Shown here: positions 9,623 to 18,743 of the stretch, piece by piece
How positions within the stretch are numbered: position 1 is the stretch's first letter
Layout of the letters: the number at the start of each line of letters is the position of its first letter
DNA from: a virus
IMG/VR virus record: IMGVR_UViG_3300023242_000004
Coordinates: 1 to 64,000 of that record
DNA length: 64,000 nucleotides
Direction: 5' to 3' (one strand)
Program-made: the position numbers and the translations under genes
Notes under the pieces: generated by a model
What the model was told of the DNA's origin: nothing
What the model saw: the letters and a program-made list of their open reading frames with translations, nothing else
The model's database searches: none

Positions 9623-9625
9623 AGT

Positions 9626-9838
9626 TTATAATTTAATACCAGTGAAAGTTACTGTTAAAATATACGCAATAGACACACCCAATAAAACCAACGATGTTTT
9701 TGGTAACCTATATTTAGCTGGTTCTTGTTCTACCGATGGGAATAGTGATTGAATAAAAAAATATAAATGTCTAATAACATTAAGACACGCCATAAACAAA
9801 AACATCATTAAAATTTTATTAATTATAAGTATTAGCAT
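9626..9838 (-). CDS. small 2-TM membrane protein
   Basis: Two hydrophobic segments. Confidence 0.6.
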   Translation of the reverse strand: MLILIINKILMMFLFMACLNVIRHLYFFIQSLFPSVEQEPAKYRLPKTSLVLLGVSIAYILTVTFTGIKL

Positions 9839-9849
9839 ATTTTTAATAG

Positions 9850-10026
9850 TTAAGCTTCTTTATTTTTACTAGAAACCTCTAATCTCATAATTTGAGCTAA
9901 AGTTCTAACCTCTTGTAACATTTTTCTAACTCTTACCCCAGCAGCTTTATTGCCTATTCCGTAAAATTTTGTCACATCTTCTTCCATCGAAGAAATAAGT
10001 GTTTTTAATTCATTAAAAGTTTCCAT
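9850..10026 (-). CDS. histone H1-like Hc1 family protein (58 aa, not in the ORF track)
   Basis: METFNELKTLISSMEEDVTKFYGIGNKAAGVRVRKMLQEVRTLAQIMRLEVSSKNKEA; GNKAAGxRxRK signature. Confidence 0.8.
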   Translation of the reverse strand: METFNELKTLISSMEEDVTKFYGIGNKAAGVRVRKMLQEVRTLAQIMRLEVSSKNKEA

Positions 10027-10037
10027 TTAAGTTTTTT

Positions 10038-10250
10038 TTATTTTTCGTTATTATTTACCGAAACCATTGTATTGAATTTTTCAATACTTGCTTCAACAGC
10101 GACTAAGTTAGCCACTAATTGTTTAATTCTGAATGATTTATTATCAATGTTGTCATCAGAAGCTATTACTCTTTCTAAATCATCCTCTATTTTTAATTTT
10201 TCGACTGACAATTCTAAAAGTACTACGTTAAAAAGTCTTTGTGTATTCAT
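10038..10250 (-). CDS. hypothetical coiled-coil protein
   Basis: ORF after TAnnTTTG at 10255-10262. Confidence 0.6.
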   Translation of the reverse strand: MNTQRLFNVVLLELSVEKLKIEDDLERVIASDDNIDNKSFRIKQLVANLVAVEASIEKFNTMVSVNNNEK

Positions 10251-10301
10251 AAGACAAAACTACACGATTATTTTTGAAAATAAATAGTTAAAACTAAAAT
10301 T

Positions 10302-10775
10302 TTATCTTATTTTCAATGATTTTTCAAAAATTGTGTAAATTTCGATAAGAGTATCAATATCTGAGTTTGTTTTTGTTTTAGTAAAATTGAATATGTCTGA
10401 CCATATCCTAAGTATCCCTTTATCAGTATAATCGAATGGTTTTTTTTCTTTATAAGAATAAAAAACCTCAAGTGTAAACTCTAAAAAGTAGTTATACAAC
10501 TTGGGGTTTTTTATATTGATACTTTCTTTAGCGAAATCATCAACGGTTTTTTCCCAACACCACTTAAAGTGTTTGAGTTGGGAATCGTAACCCATAACTT
10601 CATCACCTAAATATGTGTCAAAAATACGCATCAGAAGTGATTGTACAAAATCACTATAAAGTTCGCTTTTTTCAAACTTTATATTATTTGCCGCAAGCAA
10701 TACTAACACACTCTCTTTACTCATAGGGTTCTGAATATACGCTAAGAAATTTATTCTATCATATTTTTTATTCAT
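10302..10775 (-). CDS. hypothetical protein
   Basis: 157-aa ORF. Confidence 0.7.
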   Translation of the reverse strand: MNKKYDRINFLAYIQNPMSKESVLVLLAANNIKFEKSELYSDFVQSLLMRIFDTYLGDEVMGYDSQLKHFKWCWEKTVDDFAKESINIKNPKLYNYFLEFTLEVFYSYKEKKPFDYTDKGILRIWSDIFNFTKTKTNSDIDTLIEIYTIFEKSLKIR

Positions 10776-10818
10776 ATTCTTTATTTTTAATATAATTATT
10801 ATATTAAAAAAATAAACA

Positions 10819-11406
10819 TTAACTTACATCAGATGATTCAATTAATGTGTAACTAAATGATTTTCCATGAATCGCAGCCGCTTTACGACAAATAACCATA
10901 AATTCTTCAAAGTCAGCAGCTTTTTTAAACACTTGACATCCTTCTGACCAGTTTTCTACAAATGTAGAATTAACACCAGCTTTATGTATGTTAATACCAA
11001 AAATACCTTCTTGTATTTTACTTTCATCATAAACCATATTTTTATTAGCGTCTCTATATACTTTAACTTTTTTAACCTGTCTAAGAGCCTCATATTTACC
11101 TTGATGTAACCCTAATGCGTATGAACCCCTATATTGGCCTTCAACTAATCTAGCAACACCAGAAGCGTTTTTGAATTCTCTAACACCTTTTGTACCTGGG
11201 TCCGTGGTACAACGCCAAGATTTGAATTTCCATTCACCACCTTCTTTGTAAGAAACGGTGATAAAATCGTCAAAAACATTTGTTACTTTATTACCAGTTT
11301 CTGATGTTCTAACACCAACTATGTTTACGTCAAAATCTTTGGTTCCTTCGAACCAAACATATCCTTTAGCTTTTACAGCTTTTTCTATTTTTTCTTTATT
11401 ATACAT
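10819..11406 (-). CDS. putative cell-wall enzyme, L,D-transpeptidase (YkuD)-like
   Basis: GINIH...NWSEGCQV (HxxxSxGC-type motif); adjacent to lysin. Confidence 0.6.
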   Translation of the reverse strand: MYNKEKIEKAVKAKGYVWFEGTKDFDVNIVGVRTSETGNKVTNVFDDFITVSYKEGGEWKFKSWRCTTDPGTKGVREFKNASGVARLVEGQYRGSYALGLHQGKYEALRQVKKVKVYRDANKNMVYDESKIQEGIFGINIHKAGVNSTFVENWSEGCQVFKKAADFEEFMVICRKAAAIHGKSFSYTLIESSDVS

Positions 11407-11419
11407 TACTTTAGTTATT

Positions 11420-11638
11420 TTATTTGTTATTATAATTGTTAACTTCTTTACCACCAAACCAATAGTTAATTATTTTACAATATGAAAAAATAAAAGAACC
11501 TAAAAACAATAAAAAAATTTCTTTACATTCAGCAGCAACTTCAGTTTTTGTATTTATTGAATCTAATACGCCTAACATAATTAAACAAAAAGTAATTATT
11601 ATCATAATAGTTACTACCAACATTCTGTATGTTTTCAT
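11420..11638 (-). CDS. small 2-TM protein, holin candidate
   Basis: Two TM helices ending NYWFG; lies between two cell-wall enzymes. Confidence 0.45.
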   Translation of the reverse strand: MKTYRMLVVTIMIIITFCLIMLGVLDSINTKTEVAAECKEIFLLFLGSFIFSYCKIINYWFGGKEVNNYNNK

Positions 11639-11643
11639 TTTTT

Positions 11644-12258
11644 TTATTTTTTTAACCAGCTATAGTATAAGTTAGTTTTTTTGACTCTATCTTCTAAACC
11701 ATTTGTACCACCATTTATTCTTCTACTAACTTTAGTTATTGTTTCTAAAGAAACACCTTCGTCACAAACACCCCAAATTTTATTTTTAGTAAAAAAGAAC
11801 ATAGCTGATTCGAAAGCATAATCAGTACCAACTAATTCTGGATTTGTCATTATTTCTGGTTTTTTAATCGAGTCGGAAAAAGATTTATAGTTGGATTTTC
11901 CAGTGGTTTGGATTGCTCCTCGACCACGAAAAGTCCAACCTTCCATTGATGATTCATCACCATTACCCATTCTATTGGCATATACTCTACTGGCAATTTT
12001 TTTTGGTTGTCTAGCATATGATTCCTCTAAATTACCTGGAAAATACTTTCCAAAGATACTTTGCAATCCTTTAGCCGAATAATTCAAATTTTCAACAAAT
12101 AATTTAAAACCGCCTGTTTCGTGCGAGGTTTGGGCGAAGAAATGTGCTGCTCTTTCTGGTGTTATTTTATAATAACCCATAGCTGCTTTAAGTGTTGCTG
12201 GTCCAAAGGTCCCATCTGCCGTTACGCCAATTTTTTCTTGTAGTTTTTTTAAACTCAT
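11644..12258 (-). CDS. glycoside hydrolase family 19 endolysin with N-terminal peptidoglycan-binding motif
   Basis: LQ.KIGVTADGTFGPAT; AHFFAQTSHETGG; ENLNYS; RGRGAIQTTGKSNY; RINGGTNGLEDR. Confidence 0.9.
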   Translation of the reverse strand: MSLKKLQEKIGVTADGTFGPATLKAAMGYYKITPERAAHFFAQTSHETGGFKLFVENLNYSAKGLQSIFGKYFPGNLEESYARQPKKIASRVYANRMGNGDESSMEGWTFRGRGAIQTTGKSNYKSFSDSIKKPEIMTNPELVGTDYAFESAMFFFTKNKIWGVCDEGVSLETITKVSRRINGGTNGLEDRVKKTNLYYSWLKK

Positions 12259-12446
12259 GATTTTATATTTATTCATAAATATCTCTATGTAAATAAAAAA
12301 CCTTAAAAAATTACCTTTGTAGAAAAATTAATTATATTGTTGTATTACTTAAAATCGAAAACATAGCTATCAACACAATTTTAGAAAAAGCGAACAAATA
12401 TGGGTTTTACTCGTTAACTGAACATGATTATGAAGCATTAAAATAA

Positions 12447-12472
12447 AAAACCCCATATTTCTATGGGGTTTT
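12447..12472. terminator. intrinsic terminator
   Basis: AAAACCCCATA-TTTC-TATGGGGTTTT. Confidence 0.75.
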
Positions 12473-12514
12473 AGTATTTTTTATTTTTGTTAAGATTTAT
12501 TCGACCATATCTTC

Positions 12515-14512
12515 TTAAAACGAGGAATCTTCATCACCCATAAGGCTTTCTAAATATTTTGCTGGGTTTCTTTTTGCTATTTCTTTATCTTCCAATGGAA
12601 CTGGAACTGGTTTTGGACCAGCACCTACAATAAAGTATTCGCCTGTTGATTGACTAACCATAAGTCTAGGTCCCGCTTTAGCTACTGGTGCAGACGGAAC
12701 TTTAACCTCATCTTCTTCGTCTTCACCGTCAACACTAGGTATATTTAAATCAATTTCATCATCCGATGGCTCAGCATCAACATCAACATCAACTTCTTCA
12801 TCCTCAACTTCTTCATTATCAACTTCTTCATTATCAACTTCAGTAATTGGGTCTGGTTTTGGTAGTTTTTTACCAGTTACCATATTGGTACCGTAATCTT
12901 CTTCATCATCTTCTTCCATATAGTTTTCATTAATGAAATTAAAGATAGTACCGTTTAATTCAATACCTTCACCGATTGATTCTACTTTAGCGGCTGATTC
13001 TTTACCCATGTGAACGTGTTTTTTAGCTTCAGCAGCGTGAGGAACACTTATATCTTCCCAGTGACCATTAGCCTTTTTGGTTCCTTCAATATTGTTAGAA
13101 CTAGAAACTTCTTTAACCACTCCTTCTTCTTCACCTTCTTCAGATTCCTCTTCATCACCTTCGTACATAGATTCTTTCATTGTAACATGTTTAGTAGCTT
13201 CTGGGGCTTTTTTCTCGATATCTTCTAAATCACCTTCTTTAACAGATGGTGTTTTTGTTTTTTTATCTGTAGGTACTGAACCTTCAACATGTTTAGTAGC
13301 TTCTGGTGCTTTTTTCTTTACGTCATCAAAATTACCAGTTTTAACTTTAGCGCTTTCTATGTCTTCACCCTCTAAAAGGATTTTTGTTTTATTCCAAATA
13401 TCACCAAACACAACATTTTCATTAAGTCTAGCCATACCTTTTACGGTACCTAAAGTTTCTTGAGATTTGTAATTCATAAGGTGTTTCATCTTTTGCATAT
13501 CTTCATTAACCATAGATTTATCTGAAGCTAAAAGAACTACGGCTTTACCTTCGTTCAATGTACCTTCCCAACGAACTTTACATGAAACTGAACCATCAGT
13601 CATTTCAAATTCTTTACTGTCTACTTTATAACTTTCTGGGATTAACGTTAAAGCGTGACCCAATTTTTGTGTTATATTAACACCTTCAAATGGTTTGTCA
13701 CCATTCTTATTAAACTTTAATCTTTTCATTGTTTCTTTTATTTGTAGTTTATTATTATAATTGTTTTCAAACATACCTGTTTGGCTTAATTTATTAACTA
13801 ACTTAACCGCTGTTTCGTTTGCACCAAGTTTATTAACTAAGTTAGTCAAGTTTTCTTTTAATTTGTTTGATATGTTCTCATTAGAAACCTCATTTATATT
13901 AGTCGTGTTCGCTAAATTACCTTTTTCAAAAGTTAAACCCATAAGGTTTTCACTAAGTGCTGAGTGTTTTGACATTGGTGCATAATTTTTAGGTACAGTT
14001 TCAATATCATCACCGAAACTGACAATACCTTTTACAGCATCTTGTCTTTTCTTTGTTGAAGCTACAGCATTTTTAATTCTTTCTTTACCGAAATCATCAG
14101 AAGAAACACCGTCCATCGCTTCAGCGTTACCCATATCTTTACCACCTTTGTTACCCATTCTAGAGCTACCTTCAATAGCTTCTTTAGCTCTATCCTTAAA
14201 CATTTTATTTGGTTCTCTGTCATACTCAATCATTTCTTGACCGTTCATGATTTCCATTTGGTTGTGGTATTCTAGTTCACCATCTTCGTAGTTAAATTTA
14301 TTCTGAACTATCTTAGACATATCTTTGTCTTTTTTAACATCTTTACTATAAGCCGTTAAATCTTTTGCGATAGCTTTAAGTCCAGCTTTGTTTTCTTCAC
14401 CAGATTTTTTTTGAATAGCGTTAGTCATCGTAATACCAGGCGTGTTACTCTGACTATTTACTTCAGACATAAATCTTTTAGTTAAGTGATTTTTAATTAT
14501 ATTTTTATCCAT
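12515..14512 (-). CDS. large acidic protein, probable internal head protein
   Basis: 665 aa, very acidic C-half, KKAPEATKHV repeats, many L/I-x-E sites, TATTTATA upstream. Confidence 0.55.
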   Translation of the reverse strand: MDKNIIKNHLTKRFMSEVNSQSNTPGITMTNAIQKKSGEENKAGLKAIAKDLTAYSKDVKKDKDMSKIVQNKFNYEDGELEYHNQMEIMNGQEMIEYDREPNKMFKDRAKEAIEGSSRMGNKGGKDMGNAEAMDGVSSDDFGKERIKNAVASTKKRQDAVKGIVSFGDDIETVPKNYAPMSKHSALSENLMGLTFEKGNLANTTNINEVSNENISNKLKENLTNLVNKLGANETAVKLVNKLSQTGMFENNYNNKLQIKETMKRLKFNKNGDKPFEGVNITQKLGHALTLIPESYKVDSKEFEMTDGSVSCKVRWEGTLNEGKAVVLLASDKSMVNEDMQKMKHLMNYKSQETLGTVKGMARLNENVVFGDIWNKTKILLEGEDIESAKVKTGNFDDVKKKAPEATKHVEGSVPTDKKTKTPSVKEGDLEDIEKKAPEATKHVTMKESMYEGDEEESEEGEEEGVVKEVSSSNNIEGTKKANGHWEDISVPHAAEAKKHVHMGKESAAKVESIGEGIELNGTIFNFINENYMEEDDEEDYGTNMVTGKKLPKPDPITEVDNEEVDNEEVEDEEVDVDVDAEPSDDEIDLNIPSVDGEDEEDEVKVPSAPVAKAGPRLMVSQSTGEYFIVGAGPKPVPVPLEDKEIAKRNPAKYLESLMGDEDSSF

Positions 14513-14526
14513 CTTTTATGATTTTA

Positions 14527-14537
14527 TTATAAATATC
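14527..14537 (-). promoter_or_regulatory. putative late promoter TATTTAT(A) (representative; also at ~533, 7569, 8445, 12275, 16773, 20825, 20958, 27077, 36755, 39698, 57009, and + strand 31042)
   Basis: Motif lies about 3-35 nt upstream of structural, lysis and endonuclease starts. Confidence 0.6.
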
Positions 14538-14556
14538 TTAGTTTTATGTAAAGTTA

Positions 14557-16503
14557 TTAACCTTTGGTGTTTTTTGAGGTAATGATAGCTTTTACCTCAT
14601 CAATCGTTTTACCTGTTTTTTTGGCAATAGCCTCATATATTTTGTTTTCACCCAAGGAAGGTGCATTTATATTACCTTTTGTTTTTTTAAGTTTAACAAC
14701 GTTATCAACGGCCCCAGCACTACAACCAGTACCAGCTGGTTTGTTATTCATTTTAACACAATCGTTAAAATCAACAAACGCACCACCAGCCCATTGTGTT
14801 TTCTTTTCAGCACTCGTTTTTGGGTTATTTTTACCTAAATCCATTGTCAACCCACCAGGTGTATCATACTGGAAATTACCAGCAGAAGCAACACTCATGG
14901 TTTCGTTCATAGTTGGTTTGTACCAATTATTCGTATCAGATGGGTCAATACCCATTCTATTTAAAACATTTATAGTTACAACTTTAAAATCAGATGGTCT
15001 ATTTTCTGGGAAATTATTGACTAAATCTTCTTTGGTATAATATTTTATGCTTTCATTATCAATATCTGCATAATCCCAACCATCAGCGATTTTACCATCA
15101 GATTTAAAGATAGCGAAATGTGTATAACCTAAACCTAAATCTTCTTTTACAACTGGAATATTTGGCATTTCTCTTTTCATAACAGAAGAATCACCCGTAC
15201 TTAATGATGGGGTAAATTGGCCACCCACAGACATAGTATTCGTACCACCCATAGCGCCACCGTCCATTTCATCAACACCACCAAACGCATTGTATTGTCC
15301 AACTGGTATTGAATCTGGTTCGGGCATATCTTTAATTTTCATCGCTTTTTTAGCGTTTTTAGAATCTAATTTGTTTTGTGCGTCTCTCCTTTTAAAAAAC
15401 TCATCTTCGTATCTTTGTGAATCGGCTCTTCTTTGTGCGATTACAGCTTTAATTCTAGTCATTTTATCGCCTTCTGTTTCGTTTTCATTAAGACCGCCTA
15501 ACCCTTTAGTAACCATAGGGTCTTTATCATACATTTCTAAAAAATCTTGCCTTAATTCATCATCAATTTTAACCAAGTCAAAATCACCACTTTCCCAAGC
15601 AACCAAACCTTCACCAACTTTAAACCTAGAAATATTATCATTAATATAATCATTTAATACGTCTTTATCGATATCCCAATCATCACTATACTCGTTATCG
15701 TAACCACCTTCACCATCTGGTTCTGAATCAATTATTTCTCTATCAACATAACCTAAAAAACTATCTCTATCAATATCGCCATAATAAAAAACATATAATC
15801 CATTATCATTGCTTTTAACAAAAGCAAATTCGCCAGTATAAGTTATTACCTGTAATTTGGGGTTTTTAATATGTGTACCTTTACTATATTTTGAATCTGG
15901 TTGGTTTGCTGGGTTGTTGGATAAACTATCGAACCAATCACCTTCTTCTAGTTCATCTTTAGGTGTTTTATCATTTCCAAGCATAGTTCTTAATTCTTCT
16001 TCAACAGCATTTATCGCTTTATCTGGAGAACCTAAAGTTTTAGATAACTCATAACCACCATCTTTTTTAATAACTAACCTACTAGCCTCCAAAGCATCGC
16101 AAATATCATCATAAGTTAAATCATTTTGACCCCAAAATTGGGAAAATTCATCTGATTTACGATAAAGATATTTGATTAACTCTAAAGTTTCTTTTTTTAG
16201 TTGGTCTTCATTTTCCATCATGGGTTTATCAAACTTTCCTTGTATAGAGCTACTTAAACCTTTTATAGGTGTTTTAATGTTAAAGTCTGAAGTTTTTATG
16301 TTTTCTTCATTAGCGACATTAATATTTGAAATATTTTCACCGTTGGTAGCTTGTTTAAATGCTTTATCAACTCTAGTTAAACCACCCTTAACTTTTGGAA
16401 ACTGCATCTCAATAATATTTTCTTTGATTAAACCAGAAGCAAAAATTCTGTTGTATTGTTCTTTGGTTATTTTCAATTTGTTTTTATTTGAATCGTTGTT
16501 CAT
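14557..16503 (-). CDS. large acidic protein, probable internal head protein
   Basis: 648 aa, KLKITKEQY...LIKE leader, modular segments bounded by xxE sites. Confidence 0.55.
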   Translation of the reverse strand: MNNDSNKNKLKITKEQYNRIFASGLIKENIIEMQFPKVKGGLTRVDKAFKQATNGENISNINVANEENIKTSDFNIKTPIKGLSSSIQGKFDKPMMENEDQLKKETLELIKYLYRKSDEFSQFWGQNDLTYDDICDALEASRLVIKKDGGYELSKTLGSPDKAINAVEEELRTMLGNDKTPKDELEEGDWFDSLSNNPANQPDSKYSKGTHIKNPKLQVITYTGEFAFVKSNDNGLYVFYYGDIDRDSFLGYVDREIIDSEPDGEGGYDNEYSDDWDIDKDVLNDYINDNISRFKVGEGLVAWESGDFDLVKIDDELRQDFLEMYDKDPMVTKGLGGLNENETEGDKMTRIKAVIAQRRADSQRYEDEFFKRRDAQNKLDSKNAKKAMKIKDMPEPDSIPVGQYNAFGGVDEMDGGAMGGTNTMSVGGQFTPSLSTGDSSVMKREMPNIPVVKEDLGLGYTHFAIFKSDGKIADGWDYADIDNESIKYYTKEDLVNNFPENRPSDFKVVTINVLNRMGIDPSDTNNWYKPTMNETMSVASAGNFQYDTPGGLTMDLGKNNPKTSAEKKTQWAGGAFVDFNDCVKMNNKPAGTGCSAGAVDNVVKLKKTKGNINAPSLGENKIYEAIAKKTGKTIDEVKAIITSKNTKG

Positions 16504-16506
16504 AGT

Positions 16507-16758
16507 TTAATTTGTTTTATTACTTAAATTATCTCTCCAAAAACTTTTTTTAACCCAAAGAGCTTTGAATAACTGTGTGAGAACGTTTTTAGTTATCTCC
16601 ACTACTTTATCTTCTAGTTCTTTTTCATTTTTAAGCCTATCTTTAACTATCTTTTCAACTTTTGATTTGAATGCCTCACTATCCATGTAAATTTTTATTT
16701 CTTTGGACATATCGGCTTTACTAAGATTTTCGTTAATTTTTTTATTGTTTTCGACCAT
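16507..16758 (-). CDS. hypothetical protein
   Basis: ORF after TATTTATA. Confidence 0.7.
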   Translation of the reverse strand: MVENNKKINENLSKADMSKEIKIYMDSEAFKSKVEKIVKDRLKNEKELEDKVVEITKNVLTQLFKALWVKKSFWRDNLSNKTN

Positions 16759-16794
16759 TATAATGTTTTTATTATAAATATTAAGAATAACAAA

Positions 16795-16816
16795 AAAAGC
16801 CTCACTAAAGGCTTTT
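16795..16816. terminator. intrinsic terminator
   Basis: AAAAGCCT-CACTAA-AGGCTTTT. Confidence 0.65.
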
Positions 16817-16914
16817 ATTTATTTTCTTATAATAGTTACTTGATGGTAATATCGTTTTGGGTGATTGTCACCCTATCTTTACCATCGCTTTTCTTTGTCT
16901 TACTTTTTCAATAC

Positions 16915-17373
16915 TTATAATAATAAAACTAATATTGGAAGAGCAATAACGCCAATAAAAGCTAATATTTTAAGTCTTTTCTGTTTTTTTATTTCTTTAT
17001 TTTGGTCTTCAATTGTATTATCTAAAATAGCAACTTCTTCATCTTTATTTGCTATAATTCTTTCTAAATTTATAACTTGCTGTACTTGGTTATCGCTTTT
17101 TTGTTGCATCGCTTTTATCTTTGATACTTGTAATTCAATAGTATTTTTTTGTAAACTATCTCTTAACATGTAAACATTTACAATACTATCAACAATTTTC
17201 TTATCCAACACGTCGACTAATATTTTTTTAGCGTCTTTTATATGGAATTGTATTAATGTATCGCCTTGTGTTGTCACTACAGTGGCAACTCTAGGGTTAT
17301 TCTTCGAGATAGGCTGAGAATGCGTTGGCAACACCATTAGCAGACAAACTATTAACATAAATAGGTATTTCAT
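16915..17373 (-). CDS. signal-peptide coiled-coil protein with C-terminal TM, spanin-like
   Basis: N-terminal hydrophobic signal, coiled coil, C-terminal TM; overlaps the upstream TM/coiled-coil gene. Confidence 0.45.
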   Translation of the reverse strand: MKYLFMLIVCLLMVLPTHSQPISKNNPRVATVVTTQGDTLIQFHIKDAKKILVDVLDKKIVDSIVNVYMLRDSLQKNTIELQVSKIKAMQQKSDNQVQQVINLERIIANKDEEVAILDNTIEDQNKEIKKQKRLKILAFIGVIALPILVLLL

Positions 17374-17656
17374 TTTTTTTATTTTTTAAATCGTTTAATT
17401 GTGATTGCGTTTTAGATAGTTTTACATCATTTTCTTTTATTTTATTTTCTATACTAACAATAAATGTGTCTAATTTATTAATTTCGCTTTTTAAACCATC
17501 AATTCTAGAAAATAACTTTTTGTTATCTTTATCTAACACACTAATTTGTTTTTGATAATCACTAGGGTTATTTTTTTGACCAACAAAAACAGCTATTAAC
17601 AATAACACACCTAAAACAATAATAAAAATTGATTTGATATCTAGTGATTTTTCCAT
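17297..17656 (-). CDS. N-terminal TM coiled-coil protein, i-spanin-like
   Basis: Single N-terminal TM followed by coiled coil. Confidence 0.45.
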   Translation of the reverse strand: MEKSLDIKSIFIIVLGVLLLIAVFVGQKNNPSDYQKQISVLDKDNKKLFSRIDGLKSEINKLDTFIVSIENKIKENDVKLSKTQSQLNDLKNKKNEIPIYVNSLSANGVANAFSAYLEE

Positions 17657-18138
17657 TAGTTTTGTTTTGGTCTATATTCGTTAGGTAATTTTTTTGACCA
17701 CTCAAGTCTAAAGTTTTCATAGTAACCTTTTAATTTTTGCAGTAAAACACTGATATTGTCGTTCAATTCAATATCATTCATAGTGGTTTCAACCTCACCA
17801 GCAGCCAAAGACATTTTAAATATGATACCAGTTCCTTCTGACTCTTTATACTCCATAGCACCATCAATAATCACATTTTCATCTGTTGGAAATATCTTAA
17901 AGCTAGTTATTTTAATTCTAGGGGTAACGGTGTCTCTTAATTTTTTTAGTTCGTCATTAAAAACGGCATCACCAGCCACTGGCGTAACCACATCTTCTAC
18001 TTTTTTAGGTTCTGAACCTTCATTACCTTCAACAGGTACCATAGATTGCTCCTCTTCTTTTAAAAGTGATTTAAACCCACCTCTAATGATACCCATCATT
18101 TTCTTGGTCATATCATGTTCGTTAATGTTTTCTTTCAT
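17656..18138 (-). CDS. hypothetical protein (LLKEE leader)
   Basis: ORF, coupled. Confidence 0.7.
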   Translation of the reverse strand: MKENINEHDMTKKMMGIIRGGFKSLLKEEEQSMVPVEGNEGSEPKKVEDVVTPVAGDAVFNDELKKLRDTVTPRIKITSFKIFPTDENVIIDGAMEYKESEGTGIIFKMSLAAGEVETTMNDIELNDNISVLLQKLKGYYENFRLEWSKKLPNEYRPKQN

Positions 18139-18743
18139 ATTTCTTCTAGTTTATTTTTAAACTCAACACAATTCCATGATGGGTTTAAATCTGTGTAATG
18201 TTTTTCAATATTGCTTTTATAAATCACCCCTTGAAAATCAGATAGGGAATCCACTTTTGTATTGTGACCAATAACCTCTAAAGGTATATAAAATTCAGCG
18301 CATAATTTTTTAACTAGCTTGACGGCCGAATCAAATTGTGTTTGCGTGTGTGGTGCCCAATAACGATAGTTTCGCCATTTTTTTTCAAAAACTTCATTTG
18401 GTTTATTATAAATATTACCAATCCAAGTAATAAATTCTTTTTTTTCTTCGTCTTTTATTAACCAACCATCATTTTCCAAAAGAATTACTATTGATTTGGA
18501 ATCTTGTTCCGTTTTACCAAAAAAATTAGAATAATGTTTTGGGTCAAAATGATTATAAATAACACCAGCCGAATTTATAGTAAACGCAGCTGTTTTTTTG
18601 TAATTTCCATTGTATCTATTTTGCCATCCAATAACATGTTTCATATCATGATTAAAGGTACTACCTAAAACTATTTGAGTTTTTATACTATCAATAGGTA
18701 CGTAATTGTTTTTACTTAAAATATAATCTTTATTAATATTCAT
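18135..18743 (-). CDS. N-acetylmuramoyl-L-alanine amidase-like protein, apparently degenerate
   Basis: Amidase_2-like layout (QIVL, FTI...G.IY, SIVILLEN, Q..SAVKLV..LC..F.IP, TDLNP); Zn-ligand His positions not evident. Confidence 0.55.
   Translation of the reverse strand: MNINKDYILSKNNYVPIDSIKTQIVLGSTFNHDMKHVIGWQNRYNGNYKKTAAFTINSAGVIYNHFDPKHYSNFFGKTEQDSKSIVILLENDGWLIKDEEKKEFITWIGNIYNKPNEVFEKKWRNYRYWAPHTQTQFDSAVKLVKKLCAEFYIPLEVIGHNTKVDSLSDFQGVIYKSNIEKHYTDLNPSWNCVEFKNKLEEI

Noticed and set aside
12336-12446. Small plus-strand gene ending INTILEKANKYGFYSLTEHDYEALK*
   Set aside because: Has a promoter-like box and terminator but no ATG in frame; at best a gene remnant
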